Positions 37,264-47,478 of a DNA stretch of 64,000 bases are shown piece after piece. Each line of letters starts with the position of its first letter. Position 1 is the first letter of the stretch. The notes below the pieces were generated by a model, which saw only the letters and a program-made list of their open reading frames with translations, made no database searches and was not told where the DNA came from. This stretch comes from Parcubacteria group bacterium Gr01-1014_13. GTDB lineage: Bacteria; Patescibacteriota; Patescibacteriia; Magasanikbacterales; GWA2-37-8. The stretch lies in contig VMGB01000003.1 in NCBI GenBank assembly GCA_007376295.1, positions 71,106 through 135,105 on the forward strand, given 5' to 3'. The position numbers were made by a program, and so were the translations under genes.

Positions 37264-38580
37264 TTAAAAAAGAAACCAATTCCCTTTACTCTTTATAACA
37301 TCATTACGGTCAACACCGACCGAAACCAGTGATACCGGCATGCCTATAGCCCTTTCCACCCTTTGAATATAGCTACCAGCATTGCCACGAACCTCTTTGA
37401 GCTCTTTTCCACAGACAATATCGTATGCCGGCCAACCCAAACTATCTTGGTACTGTGGAACACAGTCTTTCAGGTTAGTTATAACTTCACCTTGAAGATC
37501 AAAAATTTCTTCTCCGTTATATTTGTAAGACTCACAGGTCCTAACAAATTCCAATCCAGACAAAACATCCAGTTTGGTAAGGACTAGTTCGTCCAGACCA
37601 TTGATGCGAGCCGCATACCGAAGTAGCGGCAAATCCAGCCAGCCCACCCGACGCGGACGGCCAGTGGTAGCGCCCTTTTCTTCTCCGGGCTTACCCTCGC
37701 TACGCAGATGTTTGGCTACAACAGAGTCAAATGGCAATTCCGTAGGCATCGGGCCTTCGCCAACCCGTGTCTGAAAACATTTGGCAACACCAATAACCTT
37801 GCGAATACATCTGGAATCTAATCCCAGACCAAGAGCGGCGCTGCTCGCAATTGTGGAAGAGCTGGTTACATAAGGGTATGTACCGTAATCCACATCCAAC
37901 AGTGTGCCTTGCGCCCCTTCGGCCAAGATATTTGCTCCAGCGAGTAGACAATTAGACAAATAAACTGAGGTATCTTTGATATACGGAGCTAACCGATTCG
38001 CGTATTCTTCGTGCTTATGCCATCCCGCATGAAAATTCAGGTTTGGCTCAATACCAAATCTCCGTAATTCATCAAGATGTTCTGACATAAGCTGGCGGAC
38101 TTGCTGGCCAAATTTTACAGGATCCTTCATCATAACAGCCCGCAAACCACGGCGCCGAGCTCTATCGGCATAAGTTGGACCAATACCGCGCTTGGTAGTA
38201 CCAATCGGGACTTTGCCTCTGCCTCCCTCATGCGCGCCATCAAGCGCCCTGTGTGTAGGCAGAACAATATGCGCTAAAGAAGAAATCATGATTCGCCCTG
38301 GAGAGACATCAATCCCTTGGGCGGCAAACCCATCAATTTCCTTCAAAAGCTGTTCTGGATCAATTACCATTCCAGCTCCTAACACGCACATCTTTCCCTG
38401 TAACAAACCCGAAGGCAAAAGATGCATTACGTGTTTTTTGCCATCGAGGTAGACAGTATGACCAGCATTGGCCCCGCCGCCCCATCTGGCTACAATATCC
38501 GCATCCTGGGAAAGATAATCAACAATTTTTCCCTTACCCTCATCACCCCATTGCAGTCCAACAAGCACATCCATTGGCAT
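37264..38580 (-). CDS. purA: adenylosuccinate synthetase
   Basis: QWGDEGKGKIVD P-loop, GGANAGHTV, TTGRPRR. The start was trimmed to MPMDVLVGLQWGDEGKGK from the track ORF end at 38610. Confidence 0.9.
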   Translation of the reverse strand: MPMDVLVGLQWGDEGKGKIVDYLSQDADIVARWGGGANAGHTVYLDGKKHVMHLLPSGLLQGKMCVLGAGMVIDPEQLLKEIDGFAAQGIDVSPGRIMISSLAHIVLPTHRALDGAHEGGRGKVPIGTTKRGIGPTYADRARRRGLRAVMMKDPVKFGQQVRQLMSEHLDELRRFGIEPNLNFHAGWHKHEEYANRLAPYIKDTSVYLSNCLLAGANILAEGAQGTLLDVDYGTYPYVTSSSTIASSAALGLGLDSRCIRKVIGVAKCFQTRVGEGPMPTELPFDSVVAKHLRSEGKPGEEKGATTGRPRRVGWLDLPLLRYAARINGLDELVLTKLDVLSGLEFVRTCESYKYNGEEIFDLQGEVITNLKDCVPQYQDSLGWPAYDIVCGKELKEVRGNAGSYIQRVERAIGMPVSLVSVGVDRNDVIKSKGNWFLF

Positions 38581-38728
38581 AATTTTCCCTTTCAAGACAC
38601 ATCTTAACATTGCAGAATAAAAAAAACAAATTGACTTAAAAACCCTTTAGGCTTGCGCACTTTAACCGGGCGACATATACTACCCAACATGGCATGAATG
38701 CCTAAACAATCTAGCAAGTAGGTGTGTA

Positions 38729-39469
38729 ATGTCATTTCGTAACATTCGACCTTTGCACATTTTATGGCAAGATGGTATAGCCGATGAAGTTATAAACCAT
38801 GTCAACAGCGGCATAGTCGGAATTCTTTCCTGGGCTGAAGTTTTGGGAGAAATTCTACCAATGCATTTTGTTCAACGACGCCAAAAAAATTGGCTTGAAA
38901 ACGGTCTATTAGCTCCGTACCAAAGCCTGGATTGGCATATTGAGCTAGCTAGAAGCAATAGCAAGTTGGCTGGACATCTAAATAGCACATCGCTATTAAA
39001 CTCTCTGCGGGAAAATCCGACCTGTACAACAGACCCGCGCTATGAATTGGTGGTGGTAAACGAGCCACTTCATTGGCACGATACTTCTTTGCGCAAGGTT
39101 GGCGGTATTGGCCGGCAAGAACAAGGGGCTGTCATTACTGCTCACCGTGATCTATCCGCAGATCGCTGGAGTGAAAAAACCCAGAGAAAAAAAGAGTTAG
39201 AATTTCCTCTTTCCATACAAATGTTTGTAATGCACGAGCTCGGACATGTCTTTGGCCTTTTTACCAAAGGGACTGCCAAAGAAAACCCGAGCGACGACGA
39301 ACTAAGACAATCGCACTGCCTAAACGAATGTGTAATGTACTGGCGGGATGACCATGAGCTTAATAAAAAAATTGAGCGCCAGCCATTCTGCCCATCGTGC
39401 TTGAAACAATTAAGGAATTATTTCCTGGAACCGGAAACAATTATCATAGATGTAGATGACACCCTCTGA
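38729..39469 (+). CDS. archaemetzincin-like zinc metalloprotease (peptidase M54-like)
   Basis: HELGHVFGLF…HCLNECVM…CPSC matches the archaemetzincin pattern HExxHxxGx3CX4CxM…CxxC. Confidence 0.5.
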   Translation: MSFRNIRPLHILWQDGIADEVINHVNSGIVGILSWAEVLGEILPMHFVQRRQKNWLENGLLAPYQSLDWHIELARSNSKLAGHLNSTSLLNSLRENPTCTTDPRYELVVVNEPLHWHDTSLRKVGGIGRQEQGAVITAHRDLSADRWSEKTQRKKELEFPLSIQMFVMHELGHVFGLFTKGTAKENPSDDELRQSHCLNECVMYWRDDHELNKKIERQPFCPSCLKQLRNYFLEPETIIIDVDDTL

Positions 39470-39580
39470 TTTCTAAATGAAATCTGAGGGTATTTTTTTA
39501 TAACATAATAACATTGACGAACAAACAAACCCATGCTAAGGTGAAACAGCCAATTTTGGCAAACAACAAGGAGACGCGGC

Positions 39581-40951
39581 ATGAAGAACACGGTTCTTTC
39601 AACAATTTTCTGCGCATTACTAGCTGCCTGCTCACCCAATGTGACGCCAGTGGACATGGAATATAATGTAAGCGTCGAGACGATCGAGGACACCTGCGGA
39701 AACGATCCGGCCCCCGATGGCCTAACTATTCCGTTCAATGTTGCCCTGCAGACAGACAACAAAATAAATGTCTGGTATCCGGCCGGATATGCTCCGGGCC
39801 GTGGCGACTACAAGGGTTTTATCATTTATGATGGCCAGACAGATTTTGAATCCAAACGTCCATCGAAAACTGGACCAGGCGATGATGTCGTCCGCATCTC
39901 CGGCAGTCTTACCATGGATTTCATGGACATTACCATCGAAGAGCGGCGTTGGCGACAAGAAGAAACAGAGCCAGTGCCATGCATCCGCAAAGCGCGCCTG
40001 CGCGGCGCGGCGCGGCCTTTCTCGACCCTGACTGCACTCGACGGCAAATATGAGGCATACTATGATTTCTATGAACTGGTCTGCCCTCCAGGCCAACCAC
40101 AAGAAAACGATCCTGTACCATGGACCGTACCACTGGACATCAAAGACCAAAACGGTTCCGCGCTTTTCGCCTTTGATTCCTACGATGAAAACCTGATGTT
40201 TGCGATGCCAACTGAAACGCTCGCGTCGGGCAACATCGACTGGGATGGGGCTATATACCTCATCGGACGAACCAGCGGTATCTTCTATGAATTTGAAGGG
40301 AATGTTGCCGGCAAATTTGTGGACGGATCCTATTATCTGCGGATCAAGTTCCATGAAATTGGCGATACTACCGGATGCGATTTTGTCCTTGATGCGAACG
40401 GTGCCAAACGTATGCCAGATCCTACCAGCATCTCGAATACTTACCGTCTGGCCTTCCTGGAATCAGACGCCTGTCGTCACGATGCTTTTGGGGACATAAC
40501 GCTCACGAAAACCGAACAGGAAGGCGAGATCGTCTTCCACACCGATGGCCGTCTGACCCTGATGCATAGCAATGAACGCTTTAATCTAAAAGCGCAAACG
40601 GACGGTAGTTATACCGGATCCTGGTCGGCAGGCGGTGTGACTCTGAAATACAAGCTGACGGCCGCGCCGCCGAATCTGTCGTTCTCATTCATGTATGCGT
40701 GGCCGACCGACGAGGGTTACTGCGACATTGCCACCGAGGTGGCCGGCGTACCGCGCTACTTCCCGGGATTGGCGCTAACCACTCCGAAGAGGACTAGTGA
40801 AAATCTGCAAATGGCCAGATATTCATCCAACGCAACTGAAAAGTTAAACTTCAAATCGCTTGGACTGGCCGCCAAAATCAAAAACCGCGCGCGCTTACAC
40901 CCGTTATCCGAAGCGCCGCAATTTGTTCGCGAAGCCATCTTGGCTCGCTAG
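39581..40951 (+). CDS. hypothetical lipoprotein (GC-rich, likely horizontally acquired)
   Basis: Lipobox signal MKNTVLSTIFCALLAAC. No domain recognized. GC is about 52%. Confidence 0.5.
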   Translation: MKNTVLSTIFCALLAACSPNVTPVDMEYNVSVETIEDTCGNDPAPDGLTIPFNVALQTDNKINVWYPAGYAPGRGDYKGFIIYDGQTDFESKRPSKTGPGDDVVRISGSLTMDFMDITIEERRWRQEETEPVPCIRKARLRGAARPFSTLTALDGKYEAYYDFYELVCPPGQPQENDPVPWTVPLDIKDQNGSALFAFDSYDENLMFAMPTETLASGNIDWDGAIYLIGRTSGIFYEFEGNVAGKFVDGSYYLRIKFHEIGDTTGCDFVLDANGAKRMPDPTSISNTYRLAFLESDACRHDAFGDITLTKTEQEGEIVFHTDGRLTLMHSNERFNLKAQTDGSYTGSWSAGGVTLKYKLTAAPPNLSFSFMYAWPTDEGYCDIATEVAGVPRYFPGLALTTPKRTSENLQMARYSSNATEKLNFKSLGLAAKIKNRARLHPLSEAPQFVREAILAR

Positions 40952-41065
40952 CTCGTTCTTTTAAACCTGAACACATAATTTATATGACGGCTCCATCGCA
41001 AGGGCCGTTTTTTTTAAATAATCCCGCCACGCATGCGCGGGACGGGATACAAAATTTTTGCCGAA

Positions 41066-41662
41066 TTAACTGAATTTAACAAAACCATTATCGCTGGCAA
41101 GAGCAAAGCCCTTGCGTAATTGAGAATAGATATACAACCAATCCGCGATCTCTTCTTTTACTGTTGTATCACCGTAAAAACTAAAACGCTTCTCTTTGAT
41201 TATTTTACGAATTGACTTCTTGATAGGACCAGAAAATTCCTCAAAATCACCGGCGAGTTTTTTGCTCGTTACCGGCCCAATGGCGCCATCTGAGTCGGAC
41301 ATATTAACCAACTCAAAGAATGGTTTGCCTTTGTACTTTTCTGGGTTCTGCCAAACTTCTTGAGCAGACGCTTTTAGAGCAGCGTACGATAACAATTCAC
41401 GCCAGTCATTATAATACGAATACATTACGGAAAAAATACTTTTACTTTTTCCCTTGCATTCATAACAACCTTCTTGGAGACCATCCAGACGTTCAATGAA
41501 TGTTGGAACAGAGTTGATTCCGATATGATCACCTTCATCATCAACACATTTTGCATCTTTTTTATGGACAAAGAGCATCTTGCTGTATGCGCAAACAAAA
41601 AGTCCCATTGCACACCTCGCTTCCGATAAAATTATCTTAAAGCATAATTTACCATAAAACAA
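41066..41662 (-). CDS. hypothetical protein
   Basis: ORF only; Cys-containing N-terminus. No recognizable motif. Confidence 0.35.
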   Translation of the reverse strand: MFYGKLCFKIILSEARCAMGLFVCAYSKMLFVHKKDAKCVDDEGDHIGINSVPTFIERLDGLQEGCYECKGKSKSIFSVMYSYYNDWRELLSYAALKASAQEVWQNPEKYKGKPFFELVNMSDSDGAIGPVTSKKLAGDFEEFSGPIKKSIRKIIKEKRFSFYGDTTVKEEIADWLYIYSQLRKGFALASDNGFVKFS

Positions 41663-41721
41663 GCATAAAAAACCCGAAATTCTATGAACTTCGGGGTACT
41701 AAGTTTCTTTACTAGTTGACT

Positions 41722-41982
41722 TTAGTCATCAAGCGCGATGACTACATCGTCAAAAAGTTTTACAGAGTCCTTGTATATCTTACGGCGCCAATACTGGACT
41801 CCTAGCCCTAAAACAGAAAAAATATTTTCTTTGGGCTGCCACTCAATTGCAATTTCGCGACTTTTAAATACCAGACACAAATCCCAGCTATCAACTTCCG
41901 GGTTTGAGGACTTCTCAAGACTGATCTTTACATTGGGAAGTCTAATACGAAACTTTTCTTTTAAGCGCTCGATTTCGGTCAT
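41722..41982 (-). CDS. hypothetical small protein
   Basis: 86-aa ORF with a plausible start. No motif. Confidence 0.3.
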   Translation of the reverse strand: MTEIERLKEKFRIRLPNVKISLEKSSNPEVDSWDLCLVFKSREIAIEWQPKENIFSVLGLGVQYWRRKIYKDSVKLFDDVVIALDD

Positions 41983-42012
41983 GGCTGATTTATCCTTGTT
42001 TTAGTTCAGTAA

Positions 42013-42375
42013 TCACATTCCCCGAATGGTACCACCCTTGAAAATGACGCCGGTGCAGACATACACTTCCGCGGCCTTTCCAGCGGGATTTGTTGCCTTT
42101 GCAGTAAATCGCGCGGCGTCCTTCTCATCACATCCGCGGAAACCAACTGCAAACCAAGCGTGATCCACGATTTGGATATCGCTGTATCCCTGCGCTTCAA
42201 GCGCAGTGATAGCCGCGTCTTCGCTAGCGAAGACGCCTCTACAGGCTCCGAAAAAGAAAGCGACGGGGAATAAAATAACAATGAACCACAAGAAATAATC
42301 TCTGCCTTTTTGAACTTTCATCATTGCCTCCTGTTTGTGAGCCATCAATATATCCTTTTTAGCATCAAAAGTCAA
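42013..42375 (-). CDS. hypothetical small membrane/secreted protein
   Basis: N-terminal hydrophobic segment (LWFIVILFPVAFFFGA). 120 aa. Confidence 0.35.
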   Translation of the reverse strand: MTFDAKKDILMAHKQEAMMKVQKGRDYFLWFIVILFPVAFFFGACRGVFASEDAAITALEAQGYSDIQIVDHAWFAVGFRGCDEKDAARFTAKATNPAGKAAEVYVCTGVIFKGGTIRGM

Positions 42376-42424
42376 TATTAAAACAAAAAATCAGCATCTC
42401 TGCTGTTTCTTGTCTCTCCAAATG

Positions 42425-42496
42425 TGTCCTCGTTAGGAGTCGAACCTAAATTTCCGGCTTCGCAGGCCAGTGTCCTATCCATTGAACGACGAGGAC
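42425..42496 (-). tRNA. tRNA-Arg, anticodon GCG as parsed, 72 nt
   Basis: RC reads GTCCTCG-TC-GTTC-AATGGATA-GGAC-A-CTGGC-CTGCGAA-GCCGG-AAAT-TTAGG-TTCGACT-CCTAA-CGAGGAC-A. The anticodon loop is CTGCGAA. Confidence 0.7.
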
Positions 42497-42501
42497 TTAT
42501 C

Positions 42502-43071
42502 TTAGTGCAACTTAAACATTCTGCCCAACCTATCGCTCAATGGTTCCTCTTCTTGGTCTAAATCTTCTACCAAAAATTCGTTTAGATATTCTCGAATCGG
42601 ACGAGGATCATTATCCAAAAGTGGAATCTGCAAGCGATGTCTCAAAATACTGTTTGTTGTAAAGTAAATATTCTTTACTTCCGGCGGATTATATATTATC
42701 CAATAATTGGTAATTTCTTTGAATGGATAATATGTGTTTCCGACTACGATCCCGGTTTCGGTGACGGCAAATGAAACCCGCATTGGTTGTTGCATATCCT
42801 GCAAAAACAAGACGATTCCAAAAAGCACCACTACCAGGGCAAATAGATAATTACCAGATATTACGGAATAAAGCAAGAGCGCTACGCCAATTACAGCGGT
42901 AATTACGTACCAGCGCTTGTTTCTATCATGTTTTTCGTATTCATTTACTTCCCAATCAAAAACTACACCTCCGATATTTGCCTCTGCCTTATTTAAGTTA
43001 ACCGGCATATACAAATTTAGATAATAAAGCTCTTTACTGGTAATTATAACACAAAAAATTGATAAAAACAA
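42502..43071 (-). CDS. hypothetical membrane protein (2 TM)
   Basis: 189 aa. Central hydrophobic helices (WYVITAVIGVALLLYSVISGNYLFALVVVLFGIVLFL). Confidence 0.4.
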   Translation of the reverse strand: MFLSIFCVIITSKELYYLNLYMPVNLNKAEANIGGVVFDWEVNEYEKHDRNKRWYVITAVIGVALLLYSVISGNYLFALVVVLFGIVLFLQDMQQPMRVSFAVTETGIVVGNTYYPFKEITNYWIIYNPPEVKNIYFTTNSILRHRLQIPLLDNDPRPIREYLNEFLVEDLDQEEEPLSDRLGRMFKLH

Positions 43072-43132
43072 CGAGGTTGCATTTCATAAAATTTTATGAT
43101 AAAGTTAGTTAATTATTCTGAATAATTCTACT

Positions 43133-44593
43133 ATGGATGAACAGTCAATAAATTTACTTAAACCCCAAAATTACCCTCTCTCCGACCCCCCAAAAAAGAA
43201 GACCAAACGGGTCATATTTTTGGCTTTGGCTCTGACTATTTTAGGCCTTTTAATTTTCCGAAATTACACCATGACCAAATGGCCAAATAATCCGGACGAC
43301 TACGACTCAGTCACCCTCAAACCCAAAAGAATAGGGTTTTTGCAAACTGTAAAGAATTTTATCTTTAGCTCAGATAATGTAATCGCCGGAGATCAAGATG
43401 GCCGGATAAATATCTTGCTTCTAGGTATTGGGGGCTCTGGACATGATGGCCCGTACTTAAGCGACACTAATATTATTCTTAGTATAAAACCAAGCACCAA
43501 TGAAGTGGCGATGATTTCTATTCCGCGCGATCTGGCTGTGAGAATAAATAACCATGGCGTCAGAAAAATAAATAACGCTGATGCTTTTGGTGAAGCTGAG
43601 CAGGCCAATGGTGGCGGAGAATATGCCCGAAAAGTTTTTGAAAAAACATTTGGCATCAGCATCCCCTACTATGCGCGTGTAGATTTTATGGCTTTCAAAG
43701 AATTGGTAGATGCCGTAGGCGGCATAGAGGTCAATGTCCAACGTTCTTTTGTAGACACTGCTTATCCGGGTCCCAATCATTCTTTCCAAACCATCTCCTT
43801 TCAGGCTGGTCCACAACAACTAAACGGCGAACGCGCTTTGATGTTTGCTCGTTCCCGCCACGGATCAAATGGTGAAGGTTCGGATTTTGCCCGTGCTAAA
43901 CGCCAACAATTAGTACTCACCGCCTTTAAAAAAGAAGTGCTTTCGGCCGGCACTTTCCTTAACCCCGTAACTCTGCAAAAGATTTTTTCCTCCCTATCTC
44001 AGCATATTGTTACCAATCTAGATTTTGGACAGACCATGTATTTGATTAGTTTGGCCAAACAATTAAACAGCGACGAACTAAAAACATTGGTTATAGATGA
44101 CTCGCCAAATGGATTTTTAAAATCAATCATCGGTGAAGATGGGGCTTATCTGCTTATCCCAAAAAGTGGAAATTTTTCCGAGATAACTTCAGCTATAAAC
44201 AATATCTTTGAAGCAACCAGCACGATGGCCGCCTACACTCCCAATCAAAATCAGCCTATCACCATTGCCTCCGTTATCCCCTCTATCCCTTCGGTCAAAA
44301 TAGAAATTCAAAACGGAACTTGGCAACCAGGTTTGGCTGCTTTCAAAAAACAGGAGCTGGAAAAAGAAGGATTACAAATTTTTTCCATCGGTAATAGCGC
44401 CAAAAGGCCTATCGCTACCACTACTATCTACCTAATCAACCCAAATGTCTCCAGCACAATCGTTACCTCTCTTAAGGGCAAATTCCACGCCCTAACCTCC
44501 AACACCTTGCCAGAATGGTTACAAAGAGCGTATAATGCCGCCAGCTCGTCCCGAGACATCCTCATTGTCCTTGGACAGGACATGGTAGAATAA
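43133..44593 (+). CDS. LytR-CpsA-Psr (LCP) family cell-envelope phosphotransferase with C-terminal LytR_C domain
   Basis: N-terminal TM, then ILLLGIGGSGHDGPYLSDTNIILSIKPSTNEVAMISIPRDLAV (LCP core) and RSRH…DFAR block. Confidence 0.8.
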   Translation: MDEQSINLLKPQNYPLSDPPKKKTKRVIFLALALTILGLLIFRNYTMTKWPNNPDDYDSVTLKPKRIGFLQTVKNFIFSSDNVIAGDQDGRINILLLGIGGSGHDGPYLSDTNIILSIKPSTNEVAMISIPRDLAVRINNHGVRKINNADAFGEAEQANGGGEYARKVFEKTFGISIPYYARVDFMAFKELVDAVGGIEVNVQRSFVDTAYPGPNHSFQTISFQAGPQQLNGERALMFARSRHGSNGEGSDFARAKRQQLVLTAFKKEVLSAGTFLNPVTLQKIFSSLSQHIVTNLDFGQTMYLISLAKQLNSDELKTLVIDDSPNGFLKSIIGEDGAYLLIPKSGNFSEITSAINNIFEATSTMAAYTPNQNQPITIASVIPSIPSVKIEIQNGTWQPGLAAFKKQELEKEGLQIFSIGNSAKRPIATTTIYLINPNVSSTIVTSLKGKFHALTSNTLPEWLQRAYNAASSSRDILIVLGQDMVE

Positions 44594-44600
44594 ACAAGTT

Positions 44601-45977
44601 ATGGCAACACCTGCAAAAATTACCGATCAAAATCTACCCACCATAGCCTTGGTGGGCCGGGTTAATGTTGGTAAATCTACCTTGTTTAACAAAATTCTTG
44701 AACAAAACAAGGCTATCGTTTCTACTATTGCCGGTACTACCCGCACCAGAAACATCGGCATTGCCAGCTGGAGAGGAAAAGAGTTCACTCTGGTAGACAC
44801 AGGCGGAATTACTTTCTCCGAAGAAGTTATATTAGAAAAAGAGATCGTCGAACAGACCGAAGCCGCGATTAAAGAATCAGATTTAATAATTTTTGTAGTA
44901 GATGTTCAAGCTGGACTATTACCCCAAGAACGCGAATTGGCTAAAAAATTAATTAAAGATAAAAGTAAAATTATATTTGTCGCCAATAAAGCTGATAATG
45001 AACGCCTGCGTTTGGATACACACGAGGGCGAATGGCGCAAACTTGGATTAGGAGTTCCATTCCCAATATCGGCAGCTAATGGCTCTAATGTCGGCAACTT
45101 GCTAGATGAAATTTTTAAAAGACTGGGCAAGACTTCCAAAAGACCAAAAACAACCAAAGAAAAAAAGGTTATTAAAGTAGCATTAATTGGTAAGCCTAAT
45201 GTCGGCAAATCTTCTCTTTTCAATACTTTAATTGGTAAAGACCAAGTAATTGTTAGTGACATGCCCCACACCACCCGCGAACCACATGATACTTTGGTGG
45301 AAGTTGATGGTAAGTCATTAATATTTATTGACACTGCCGGTATCCGCAGAAAATCCAAAGTTTCCGGAGAACTGGAAAGAGCTGGTATTGGCAAAAGCAT
45401 AGATATGATAAAAAAAGCCGATGTGGTACTTTTTGTTTTAGATGCTCACGAAACTATTACTACCCAAGATCAACAGCTGGCTGGATTTTTGCGCGAAAAT
45501 ACCAAGAGCACTATTTTTGTAATAAATAAATGGGATTTAGCTGAAGAAAATACGGAAGAATTTAAAAACGAAACCAAAGCAAAAATTTACGCCGACTTCC
45601 CTCACCTGGATTTTGCCCCAATTGTTTTTGTCAGTTCTAAAACACAATATAAAGTACATCAAATTTTCCCCTTAATTTTCCGCGCTTGGGAAGAACGCCA
45701 CACTATTGTCCCTGAAGATGAACTAAAAGAATTCTTCAAAAAAGTTACCAAAGACCACCGACCATCGCGCGGCAAAGGTACCCGCCATCCGCAGGTTTTT
45801 GCTTTCCACCAAATTCACAATAACCCACCGATGTTTGAAATGATGATTAAATTCCAAACCTCTATTCACTTCTCCTACGTCCGCTACATCGAAAACAAAC
45901 TGCGCGAAAGATTTGGTTTCTTTGCTTCACCGATTGTGATAAAATTAACTAAGCTACGAAGAAAGATTAACCTCTAA
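44601..45977 (+). CDS. der: ribosome-associated GTPase Der (EngA), tandem GTPase domains plus KH-like C-terminus
   Basis: GRVNVGKSTLFN…DTGG and GKPNVGKSSLFN…DTAG are two G1/G3 sets. Confidence 0.9.
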   Translation: MATPAKITDQNLPTIALVGRVNVGKSTLFNKILEQNKAIVSTIAGTTRTRNIGIASWRGKEFTLVDTGGITFSEEVILEKEIVEQTEAAIKESDLIIFVVDVQAGLLPQERELAKKLIKDKSKIIFVANKADNERLRLDTHEGEWRKLGLGVPFPISAANGSNVGNLLDEIFKRLGKTSKRPKTTKEKKVIKVALIGKPNVGKSSLFNTLIGKDQVIVSDMPHTTREPHDTLVEVDGKSLIFIDTAGIRRKSKVSGELERAGIGKSIDMIKKADVVLFVLDAHETITTQDQQLAGFLRENTKSTIFVINKWDLAEENTEEFKNETKAKIYADFPHLDFAPIVFVSSKTQYKVHQIFPLIFRAWEERHTIVPEDELKEFFKKVTKDHRPSRGKGTRHPQVFAFHQIHNNPPMFEMMIKFQTSIHFSYVRYIENKLRERFGFFASPIVIKLTKLRRKINL

Positions 45978-45987
45978 TAACAAGGCC

Positions 45988-46518
45988 ATGCAGCTCATCA
46001 TCGGTCTAGGCAATCCGGAAAAAGAATACACCTCAACCCGCCACAACACGGGCTTTTTGGTTATAGACAAATTGCTTGCCGACTCCGGCGCAGAGACTAA
46101 ATTTGATAAAAAAGCTAATGCCGAAGTGGCCAAAGCGACCATAGACAAAAAAAGGGTTTTACTAGTTAAACCACTCACCTACATGAACAACTCTGGAATT
46201 GCGGTGCGGGCATTGCTGGATTTTTATAAACTAAAACCGGAAAATTTAATTGTAATTCATGATGACAAGGATATTCCGCTAGGAGAAACGCGCGTCCAGA
46301 CTGACCGCGGACCAGCCGGACATAACGGCGTAAAATCTATCATTGAACACTTAGGTACAAAAAACTTTGTGCGCATTCGTGTTGGCGTTGCTCCGGCAAG
46401 CCAAAACGAAATAAAGGACACCGTAAATTTTGTGATGGGTAAATTTACTGCTGAAGAAAAAAAGAAATTAAAAAAAGTTACTGAAAATATAGCCAAAGAA
46501 CTGGAACAGATTATTTAA
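45988..46518 (+). CDS. pth: peptidyl-tRNA hydrolase
   Basis: MQLIIGLGNPEKEYTSTRHNTGF and HNGVKSI motifs. Confidence 0.9.
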   Translation: MQLIIGLGNPEKEYTSTRHNTGFLVIDKLLADSGAETKFDKKANAEVAKATIDKKRVLLVKPLTYMNNSGIAVRALLDFYKLKPENLIVIHDDKDIPLGETRVQTDRGPAGHNGVKSIIEHLGTKNFVRIRVGVAPASQNEIKDTVNFVMGKFTAEEKKKLKKVTENIAKELEQII

Positions 46519-46520
46519 TT

Positions 46521-47408
46521 ATGGATTACCACGCCGCTTTGGCGCACTTCCCAAAAATAACTTACAACCGCTACCAAAAACTGGCGGCTTATTTTTCTGA
46601 TTTAAAAAATGTTTGGGAAGCAAAAATTAATGATCTGATAAAAGCCGGATTGGAAGAAAAAGTTGCCAGTGAATTTCTGGCTTGGCGAGAAAAAAATTCG
46701 TTAGAGAAAATAATGGAAAGATTAAATAAAGAAAACATCACTACAATTTCTATAAACAATCCTGCTTATCCGAAGTTACTTAAAGAAATTAACGATCCAC
46801 CTTTTACTTTATTTATCCGCGGCAAATTACCAAATACTAATTTGCCAACTCTGGGCGTAGTGGGCACTAGAAAATTTACTGCTTACGGAAAATCTACTTG
46901 CCAGGAAATAGTTGGGCCACTGGTTAATAAAGGAATTGTTATTGTCAGCGGTTTAGCCTTGGGCATAGATGGAATTGCTCATCAGATAGCAGTAGGCAAT
47001 AACGGCATCACAATTGCTGTGTTGGGCGGCGGTGTAGATAAAAGAACAGTTGCTCCAGCATCTCATCGTGATTTGGCAGAAAAAATTATCGCCACTGGCG
47101 GAGCTGTAATTTCCGAATATCCGCCCGGATTTACACCGACGGTCTATTCTTTTCCGGCGCGCAACCGTATTATCGCTGGTTTAAGCTTAGGCACTCTGGT
47201 AATAGAGGCGGCTGAAAAATCCGGCGCCCTCATTACAGCTAGATGCGCTTTGGACTATAACCGGGACGTTTTTGCTGTACCGCACGCCCTAAATTCGCCT
47301 ACCGGCATTGGGCCAAATAACCTGATAAAGATGGGTGCCAAGGTGGTAACCCAGGCTTCGGACATCATAGAATCGTTAAGCCTTACCACCCTAGGAGAAA
47401 TGGTCTAA
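46521..47408 (+). CDS. dprA: DNA processing protein DprA (Smf)
   Basis: GVVGTRKFTAYGKSTCQEIVGPLVNKGIVIVSGLALGIDGIAHQ Rossmann-like DprA core. Confidence 0.85.
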   Translation: MDYHAALAHFPKITYNRYQKLAAYFSDLKNVWEAKINDLIKAGLEEKVASEFLAWREKNSLEKIMERLNKENITTISINNPAYPKLLKEINDPPFTLFIRGKLPNTNLPTLGVVGTRKFTAYGKSTCQEIVGPLVNKGIVIVSGLALGIDGIAHQIAVGNNGITIAVLGGGVDKRTVAPASHRDLAEKIIATGGAVISEYPPGFTPTVYSFPARNRIIAGLSLGTLVIEAAEKSGALITARCALDYNRDVFAVPHALNSPTGIGPNNLIKMGAKVVTQASDIIESLSLTTLGEMV

Positions 47409-47478
47409 AAATCCCCAAATTGACATCTCTCTTTATTTATAGTATCCTTGATACTTGTTATATATAATGAGTAATCTC